DNA of 64,000 nt from Asterias rubens (lineage: Eukaryota), in assembly GCF_902459465.1 (NCBI RefSeq), contig NC_047068.1:16988001-17052000 (forward strand), in the 5' to 3' direction. The translations under genes were made by a program, and so were the position numbers. Below, in pieces: positions 21,012 through 33,100 of the stretch (position 1 is the first letter of the stretch; every line of letters begins with the position of its first letter). A model generated the notes under the pieces. That model ran no database searches. It saw only the letters and a program-made list of their open reading frames with translations, and was not told the origin of the DNA.

Positions 21012-23276
21012 CGGCATTTAAAATACGCTCTACTTAGAAAACTAAATCACAAAAAATATTTAGTACAGGAAAATAAATAAATAAATTAATGAAAAATCAG
21101 TTGAATTAAATCATCTTATATTCCAAGTTTTGGCCTGATAAAAAGTGATATCTTTTCCATAACCACAGTACTTGAAAGTGAAATGTTTCTCAAAATGCAT
21201 TTAACAACCTAAAACTGCTTAACTTCTTACCAACTGCTTAACTTTGATTAATTTTCAGTTATTACGTGTACAGACCCTATGATGCACTCATTTTCGTACA
21301 GATTTTATATAGTTGGTAAGACACTGGTAGAATTGCAAAGGTCGCAGAATCGAATCCCAACCTAGTGAAAGGCCTGTGATTTTTTTCCCAGAGCTTCGGA
21401 AAGTACATAGTATACAGTGCTAACACACATCTGTGTAAGGGTAAAACAAGGGTAAAACCAAAATTAATGTTAATAGAAAAAGACAACATGGGTCAGGTAG
21501 TGGAAGTATGTTCGTAAAGTGGTGGCCTCTAATTTGGTTAAATATAATTTCTTTGATTTGAATTAAGCATGGGACTAGTTCAGAGCCGTGTTTTAAGAGA
21601 GTTGCAATAACTTGAGATTAGAATCCATGATTTTCAGCCCAAAAATGAATTTGCGCATACTGGGTACCAGACTAGACTGTACATTAATTTGGACTAAAAA
21701 TGGCATTCAGCAACCATGACTTAATAAAACTAATCCCTTCACGTTGCAACTCTCTCAATACTCAGGCTCTCAAGAAGAAAATGTAGTTGTTTTCAGAAAT
21801 TAACACAATAACTTATTTGGTATTTGGGAATAATGGGGATACATTTACCATATTATTCACTTTAACCTATATAGGTATGTAACTTAATTTCAAACAAGTA
21901 TTTGAGGAAAACCCTCTTCATACTTCTTTTAATTTATTTTTGTTCCTAGTGCTTTTCCACTCAGTCGTTGTTAAATTTCCAGTCAATTTGTTTTCCCTGT
22001 CAGTTTTTTCCCCCCTCAATGTTTTCCTCGTTACAACTAATCTATGTTTTCCCTGGCCAATGTTTCTATGTTGGTGTTTTTCCACTCATTGTAAGTGTAG
22101 AATTTCATCTTCGAGAGGGCAAGGCTATTTCTATTTTGCTAAGAGCGCATTGGAAAAGTCTATGGGAAACTGTTGATAGGGGGACATAGGACAGAACAAG
22201 TGTCCATGGAGGCCATGGTCTCCATGACCCCTGTGTATCTAAAAAAAAATCCATTCTTGGTTTTCCCTACACTGTTTTACGTGCGTGCTGGAAACTTTAC
22301 ACACATTTAATATGTGAGTCCGAAAAACAAACAAAAGCACTAATCAATCAAATTCTCTGATGTAACATAAAGATACATAAACTGGTTTGGGATTTGTCTT
22401 GCTCGCAAAAGCTATGCCAATATTAATCTGTACTTTGGCCTAGTCATGGCTAGCTTTTTTGTCAAGGCCTTTGTGTCTTGGAGAGCTGCAATCACAAGTA
22501 ACTAGAATGGTAGACCATGCTCGCAAGTGGAAAATCGCCACTCGGCTCGCCTACGTGGTCTCCCCTTCAAGTCGCTCCTTTGTTTACGCCACGAAGGCCT
22601 GGACAAAAGGCTAAGGCCTGACTGACACATTACTCTATGTTTGCAGAATAAAATTTGACATGCATCCATTCTGAACGGAACCTCTCTGAAGAATAACTTA
22701 ATGTTATGTTCCCTTTTCCAAAGAGCACAATATTATGCCTGATGTGTTCAATCTAACGTAAAGTAACAATAGAAAAATTGTCTATGTACAACATTGTGTG
22801 TTTTCATTCAATTTTAATCATGATCTTTCCTGTGCACAAATTATAAAAGAATTTCAATAGTTATATGTAATGAATAAGAGCACTTAATGATGGTTATTAG
22901 TCAGCTATTTTGGTAATAAATTATCCAACATTTTAAAGACTGTTGTATTCCTTTGTTTAATGTGTGATTGTTTTTTTTTTGTTTTTTTTAAGTGTTCAAC
23001 TTTGAAAATCTGTTTGGAATAGACCTTATTTTCACATGTTGTCATATCAGTGGGGCACCGTCACCCAAAAGTAAAAAAGCGGTTGTTCATTGGCCAAACC
23101 TGTGCGCCATGCGTTCAAATCTGTGTGTTTTGATTGTTTCATCGTTGTTTTACCTAAGATGGCAGTTGGGAAATGTCAATGCACAAGGTCTGTCCCTAAT
23201 TCAGGCTTTTAAAAAAAATACGAATTCAATACACAATCAACAGAGAATACTGAGAAACAAAAAATTGACCAAGAGT

Positions 23277-23292
23277 TGATTGGTTGATTGAC

Positions 23293-23355
<63 letters not shown>

Positions 23356-23390
23356 CTGATTGTTTGACTGATTGTTTGATTGATTGATTA
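23277..23390. repeat. (GATT)n microsatellite
   Basis: Direct reading, with a few GACT/GTTT variants. Confidence 0.95.
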
Positions 23391-23763
23391 ATTGAAACAA
23401 ATACAGCAAGAACATGTCAAAAAGACATACACAACAACAGGAGAAAAAACAATGAAATAAGATAAACCAAAAAAGATCGCAAAAAAAAAACTGCACAAAA
23501 TTATCCAAGGATAACCCCAAAAAGCCAATAACTCAGACTTATTTCCATTCGGTCCTTACGAAAAACATGAATATAAGCAAAAAAACAAACAGCAGCCCAG
23601 GAATTGCCATGAAAGCGAACTAGCTGACTATCTAAAAGAGCAATTCCTTTGAAGTTTTAAAACAAGTGAATTAACAGCTAGCAGACGACACTTTATTTAC
23701 TGTGACGTTTTGTGAACACTTGGGGGCGTTAGTCTACATGTGACGTAATTTTTACCCAGAAAT

Positions 23764-23782
23764 CCTTCTTCTTTATCATCAC
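23764..23782 (+). promoter_or_regulatory. RPS2: Probable 5'TOP start and non-coding exon 1 of RPS2
   Basis: Pyrimidine tract CCTTCTTCTTT followed by donor C|GTAAGT at 23783, with TGACGTAA just upstream. The acceptor is at 25375-25376, just before the ATG. This is the usual ribosomal-protein gene layout. Confidence 0.6.
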
Positions 23783-24001
23783 GTAAGTAGAAGTCTATAC
23801 TTGGAATTACTCTTTAAAAATCATCAAAAATCTGTGCAATCCGTTCATGTTGAATTATATTTTTTACATATTCTCATACACTTTAAATGTGTGCTTTATT
23901 TGGTGCTTATTTTATTATAGATTGAATTGTTATTTTGGGTGGTTTTGCTGGTTAATATTGCCGTCAATTATAATATTGTGACAATGTACAAATTTGGGAG
24001 C

Positions 24002-24078
24002 GGCTGTTCCGCTGGTGCGCTTTCTTCAAATAGATTGTGAATGGTTGTGTGCGCTGTGGTACCAGCCTTTTCATAATA
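24002..24078 (+). ncRNA. Candidate H/ACA guide hairpin in RPS2 intron 1
   Basis: Lower stem ggctg/cagcc, pocket ttccgct/gtggtac, upper stem ggtgcgc/gtgcgct, then ATAATA (H-box consensus). No clear ACA box downstream. Confidence 0.4.
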
Positions 24079-25378
24079 ATGTGAATGGTCAAATGGAGTC
24101 AAATTTCCGTGTTAATTAGACTTCTTCTTTTGTACTACTGGTTTGTGAGATAAAATGGAAAAGTTTCCGTATGGCGCCACCACTTTTTCATTCGAAATAA
24201 AATAATATAGTATCTAATTTACCTGATTGATATATCCCTTTTTGTAAAAATGAGTGAAAAAGTGGTGGCGCCATACGGAAAGTTATCCAGGTTTTACTGC
24301 ATGAGTAATACAAAAAAAAGGCAATTGATGAAAAATTTTCCGCCCTACTAACTACATTTGTGTGTTTGGTTTGATGACTGAGCATGCTGAGTGCTGCCGC
24401 TGGGTCTGGTACACTGGGCTGAGGGAAAAGCCATTTGGTTTTACATTTATAATATTAAAAGTATTTCATGCGAATGGCCAACATTTGATTGGGAAGTGAG
24501 GAGAAAAGCCAATTTCGCATTTGTTCGCATGAAGTATGATGATGTTGATAGGTTAAAAAGTATCCCAATCAAGAAACGGCCAGGAATGGTAAAGTTAGAG
24601 CTTTGTATAAAAGTTTGTTTCCCCTTTCAAGTTTCTTTAATTTAATTCACAGACAGCAACATTACAAAGAACATAAACAAATGTTAAAATTTAGATTGTC
24701 AATGCCCAATAATGGCCTTATGCTGCTTTTAAAGTTTTGTATGGCTAATCAGAAGAGTCGGTTAATGAAACAATGTCATTGTCAATCGACAATGACTGAC
24801 ATAGTGACAAGTGACGTATCAAGAGTCACTTAAAGTTAATAAAATGAAGAACAAATAAGGTACTGGTTTTCTCCATAAAACTCTCTTTTTATACACTTTA
24901 CTTTCACCTACATTATTTACTTAAAAGTTCATACATTTCTATTGTAAAGAATAAACGCAATACCATACATACAGCGAAAGAAACAAATAAATGTGTACAT
25001 AGACACAGATCTAGGTAGGTCATGTGACAGAACCACGTCATTGAATAATTGACATTGTATATATATCATTTTGAGGTTTGTTTCTTTGGCTGAATTGCGT
25101 TGTATTCTTCAACAGAAATGTATGAACTTCAGTAAGTAAATATTGTAAGTGCAGGTGTATATAAAAAGAGAGTTTTATGGAGAAAAATCCCCACAACTTT
25201 CATCCTTCCCGCCCTGTACTTTGATGTTCACAGTCACACACTACTCGCAGTCGCACTACAGTACACAGATTGTGCTAGCTCTTCAACCTACACAAAAAAC
25301 ACTGGTGATTGTGAGTGGAGCTATCTAACAATGTCTAAAACAATTTCTACTCTTTTTTTTTTTTTTTTTTTCCCAGCA

Positions 25379-27813
<2,435 letters not shown>

Positions 27814-28149
27814 ACCCAGGCGACGATGTTCCCTGGTCTAGCGCTACGGCCTAGTTTTTCGGGACAAGACGTCCCAGGCCACTATGACTGCAGTCAGGTT
27901 GAGGAAGCCTGCCTGCTGTTTTCATTTTATATCATAATTATATCTAAAATTTCTCACAAACCCGGACTGTTCTCCTCATACACTTTTCTTTTTAATGAAA
28001 GAAGGCCCATTGGCTGCATTGGTTTGAGAAATATCCTATTTCGTTGATGCGTAAAAACTATAAAAAAAGTGCTACTTACTAGAGAATACAATTAAAGTCT
28101 CTGATGTACAGGCTTGTTTGTTGAGGTTGCTGTGCACTGTCAAGTATGC

Positions 28150-28455
28150 TATAAGAGGCAAGAATGGTTCGCTGCAAGAGGCACTCATGGTCAGCTGCAC
28201 GAGGCACGCATGGTAAGCTGCACAAGGCAAGCGGGATCACTTGCACAAGGCAAGCAGGATACGCTGCACAAGGCAAGCGGGATCACTTGCACAAGGCAAG
28301 CAGGATACGCTGCACAAGGCAAGCGGGATCACTTGCACTAGGCACGCATGATCTGCTGCACAAGGCATGCGGTATACGCTGCACAAGGCACGCTAGATAC
28401 GCTGCAAGATGTACGCGGGATACGCTGCAAGATGTACGCATGATGCGCTGCAAGA
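28150..28455. repeat. 23-bp minisatellite, about 13 units
   Basis: Units such as tgcacaaggcaagcgggatcact and tgcacaaggcaagcaggatacgc. Confidence 0.92.
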
Positions 28456-29940
28456 GATGGCTGAGACAGTGGCATAAGCAGCTAAAGCAACAAGTCGTAC
28501 TGAGGATTCTGCAGTTGGCTCCTTTAGCCAGCAGTACTTATTTAACTGAATTTGCAACAAACAAATGCATCCTATTTTAAAAAGCTACATCAAAATGGTG
28601 AACAAAAAAGTGCAACATGACTCTCTGGAGATAAAATTATAGATATGATTATACACTTGTTAGTTCCATAAAGAAACACAATTCCTTGAGTAACTTTTGA
28701 GTGTTTTAAAGCAAGTCATTAATGTAAAATCCAACCAGCTTACAAGCCCTTCAACTGAATTGCTTTCAATTAGATAGTGGTTGCCTCAAAGCAGGCATGC
28801 AACTGAAAAAGTAAATAAAAAGAAAATCCAATATCTTGTTTCTGTTTATCTTTCTATTGTGTCTAGTTTATATTGTAATGCTTGTTTGTTTTTTACTTTA
28901 CACTCTTCAAAATATGATTTTCTCTACAACAAGTGATGGCATACCCATTCAGGAAGTGGGAGCCTCCCTCCTCTCTTTCCCCTTCCTAATGATGTGACTG
29001 AAATAATTGCTTGAAACAATTATAACTCTACATGTACGTGTCGGGCCCCCCCCCCCCCCCAACCCACTTGGAAAACAAAGGTGAACTCGGCTTTCAGTTG
29101 ACTTGACTGAGGAGGAAAGGAAAGTAGGCCGCACTGAAACTAAGGCAAAACTTAAGGGTGCACAAGGGGGTGTATCATTTTGTAAGGGGGGGGGGGGGGG
29201 TAAGCTTGCTAATTAAATAAATCTGCTGGAGTTAAGAAACCATGTATTTTCTGCATGTTGCAGTAACTAGGGTAATGTTTTATCTGAAGAAGTCTAGATT
29301 TCATATGTGGAGGTTGGGGCATGAGGACCAAGGATATCAATTGGGGGTAGTGTCAAACCCTCTAGATAGCCCCTTAAAGAAAATGGGCCACATTGGAGGT
29401 CAACTTGACCCTGTGCTTGGTTAGGTCAAGTTTAATGTAAGGAAAATGGACCCGGCCTGTTTTCGCTATCCTTTCCTCAAAATACAAATTATAGATAAGT
29501 TTTTGAATTGGTAGTTTGCAAAGGGCTATATTATGGCTTTATCAGTCTCTAAAGTACACAATGTTTCCATCAAATTAAGCCCTAGCCGTAGTTCAGAAAA
29601 AAGCCCAGAACAACCATAGCATAGAACTGTACCATACTGCAGCCATCTTGGACATATTCCATGTCTCGGATTGACACAGACTGATAGTTTGAATTACCAA
29701 TATCAAGATGGCTGTACCATGATGAAAATTGTTCCGGCAAAAACCGAGACCAAGTTTATGAAACCATTTAGGCCATGAAAAAAATAGTAAACTTGTCAAT
29801 GAATGAAAATGAACACAAAATCATAAAATGGGCAGCAAGCACATACATGTAATGGCATATCCGCTGTGTACAAAATAATAGTCTGCTACACGGCTCACTG
29901 AATAGCGTGTGTACATGGACAATTACCAGACACGATGATG

Positions 29941-29948
29941 TGACGTCA
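29941..29948. promoter_or_regulatory. Perfect CRE palindrome about 190 bp upstream of the HID1 ATG
   Basis: TGACGTCA; function is inferred from position only. Confidence 0.4.
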
Positions 29949-30131
29949 AATTGTATTTCGAAAAGCATTGTGGGATATGTGAACGATATGTTGACTATAC
30001 ATTTTATTTACACACACACACGTACACACGGGATACGTGGAAAAGAGTTAAAAAAATTGTCTGTATGTTGCGGAAAATTTGACTCTGACAATTGTTTTCA
30101 TTGATGCCGTAATACTGAAAGATACACGAGA

Positions 30132-33100
30132 ATGGGAGGAACAGATTCGAAGCTTAATTTTCGGAAGGCAGTCGTGCAGCTGACAACAAAAACACAGGTA
30201 ATTTTGAGCGTTAATACTAAATTGAGTGAGTTCATTTCCAAGTCAAAAATAAAAAAGTGGTACTGTACTGTTGTGAAGGCAACTTGCGTTTGCAATATTT
30301 TTCCTTTTTGTGCAGTGACTAACGATGGAAGCCTCCCACTATTTAAGTCTGATTAGCTAGGTTGTGCTTGCTTTAGTTGTTACTGTTTACGGTGGAATGA
30401 TCAAATCAAATTCGTGGAATTTTTTTCTTCCTTTTTGGAAAGGGAAGGTGGGCGGGGTTAGGTGGGGGGAGGGGATGAATATTTCATGAGAAGTCTGTCT
30501 TTGCTTTACGAAGGTTTTCCTCCCATATGACACAGTGGCAGACTTCTTTTTGGATGAGCAATTTTCATTAATGTCTTGTCTTATTTGTTTTATTGTAAAA
30601 GAAGATTCGTTAAATTAAAAACGTACATTTTGGTACAATTTGATAACAAAATGATAATTTTCCGCATGTCGCCACCAATTTATCTGCCCTTAATTAACTC
30701 CAAAACCACTGAATTTGTTTCTTACCTGAGAAGAAGGTTTACCGCAAATATACATCCAGGAAAAAGAGAAAAATGACGTAACAGTTTGTAAAATTGATTA
30801 AATTAGGCCTATTTGTCATTTATAAATCAATTTTGTCTCTTTTTTGGTTGGGAATGATGTAGTTGCAATAACGGTAGTTGCGATAACGTAACCCTCCTCC
30901 CGACAGGCCGGAGGGTTACAAGATTCTTTCGATCGGCAAATAACAATCTGGTCCAACACATATATAATATAATAGTAATAATTAAAACCTGGGACTTTGC
31001 TCCGGGATGTGGTAAGTTTTTCTCCTTTTTCTTCAAAAATATTTTCTCAATTGTGTTTCGAGTGTTCATTAGACATTGAGGATTAAGTTCGTGCTCTTAG
31101 AATTTGTGTCATGATTTTTGAAAGTGCAAAAAATAGTTAATGGCCTGACGTTTCGACCCTAGCAGAGTCTTTCTCGAAGGCTAAATGACAACACAACAAA
31201 CATGAACAGGTAACTAAGTGAAGCATAAGCAGTGAAGTGGAAATACATGAATGGAGTTAGAAAGCATACATAAAAAAGCAGGGGGTAAACAATGAATAGG
31301 GGGACAAAAGGGGGGGGGGGTGAAGGGAAGGGACTGGCTTGACCACAACAAGCAAGAAGATGGAAACACAAAGGACAACATCAAGGGTGGTGAGGTTGGG
31401 TAAAAAGTAATTTATTAGTGAATGAGGCTCAGGCATGATTAGTCTTGGCCCAAGATGTCAATGATTGGTACTTTTTTTTTATCAACACAAAGTCGTTTTT
31501 GTGAATGAATTTGTACCGAAAACCATGAGAAATATGTAGTTTAGCCCAGACTTAACACTTCCGTGCCCCCTTTTTATAGATTTTTCATGTAAATTTAATG
31601 AGTTGACGGCGCGAAAATGAGTTGACGGCGAGTTGACGGCAAGTCGGCGAGTTGACGGCAAGTAGTAGGACCGGAAAGCATACATAAAAAAGCAGGGGGT
31701 AAACAATGAATAGGGGGACAAAAGGGGGGGGGGGGTGAAGGGAAGGGACTGGCTTGACCACAACAAGCAAGAAGATGGAAACACAAAGGACAACATCAAG
31801 GGTGGTGAGGTTGGGTAAAAAGTAATTTATTAGTGAATGAGGCTCAGGCTAAAAGGCTATGGGGAAAAAAGGAGACGGCAAAACAAAAGGTTTATTAGTC
31901 GTTTCCTTCTTGGATGTTCAGACCATGGGGTTGAATGGTCTGGAGGCGTCTAATCCAGAGTTTCTCCCTACTCAAACGCACAGTCTCTCTGTGGTTGCCT
32001 AGTGCCTCTATGCCCTGTAAGATCATGTCAGAAATGGAGTGATTAGGAAGATTGAAGTGATGACCTACAGGTGTATCTAGCTTTTGGGTCTTGACTGTAG
32101 ATCTGTGGCCGTAGAAACGCCTCTTGAGTGTAGTTCTTGTTTCACCTATATATTGAACACCACAGACTCTGCAAGATATGAGATAAATGAGATTAGTGGT
32201 GGTGCAGGTGACATGACCCCTTGTCTTATGGGTGGTACCGCCGGTGTTACTGGTGAAGGAGTCCGATTCCCTGATGTGTTGTCTACAGACGATGCACTTG
32301 GAGATGTTGGAACACCTAAAAGTTCCCTGTGGTAGAGGGGGATTAACATCATCATTAATGGGAGGGACTTCTGCTCGGACAATGAGATCCCTGAGACTTG
32401 GTGGGCGTCTGTAGGCAACTATGGGTTCTTCCTGCACAGCACGTTGAAGTCGATCTGATGTGTGAAGAATATGATGGTTAGAACTGGTTATTTTACGAAT
32501 GGGAGGAAGTGAGGGGTGGAAAGTGACAACAAAAGGAACTTTCCCCGTAGGACTCTGTTGTTTCTTGGGTCCTTTGGAAAGTACTGACTCCCTAGAACGA
32601 GCCTTGACTTTCTGGATAGCTCGATGGACTGCTAGAGAGCTATGACCCCTGGAAACAAGGTGTTTCTTAAGTTCCTGTGAGTGGTGGATAAAATCAGAAT
32701 CATTAGAACAGATTCGACGGAGTCTGAGGGCCTGACTGTAGGCTATGCTGGTTTTGCAGTGTCGGGGGTGACAGCTAGTGGAATGTAGGTATTGGTGTTT
32801 ATCTGTGGGTTTAACGAAGAGATCTGTGGTTACTTAGCCTTCATCCGTCTTGAGAACCTTGACATCCAGAAAGTGTGTATCCTTGGTTGAGTATTCGCTC
32901 GTGAATTTGATGGTCCTGTGGAAGGAATTTATGTGATTAATGAAAGCTTTGAGGCTTGCTTCATCGCTTGTCCAGATGAAAAAGATGTCATCGATATAGC
33001 GCCACCAGACCCAGGGACGGCAAGGGGCTGATGCCAACATGCGCTGTTCAAGATGGCTCATAAAAAGGCACGCCATTGATGGTGCCATACGTGTGCCCAT

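Noticed and set aside
24160-24285. Inverted repeat in RPS2 intron 1 as a structured ncRNA
   Set aside because: It has near-perfect arms of about 30 bp with an AT-rich spacer and no snoRNA boxes, so it is better explained as a small MITE. The same applies to about 24865-25187.
25214-25333. Possible H/ACA snoRNA ending in ACA near the RPS2 acceptor
   Set aside because: The stems can be drawn, but the H box overlaps a stem and the pocket strands pair with each other. No credible target was found.
27814-28047. Reading frame stays open for 78 codons after the RPS2 stop (possible readthrough)
   Set aside because: TAA-A is a poor readthrough context, the peptide has no recognisable features, and the length is explainable by chance.
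28150-28455. CRISPR-like array
   Set aside because: The units are contiguous with no unique spacers, and the context is eukaryotic.
28079-28580. Cys/His-rich ORFs of 65-138 aa
   Set aside because: They are translations of the 23-bp minisatellite, whose unit is not a multiple of three.
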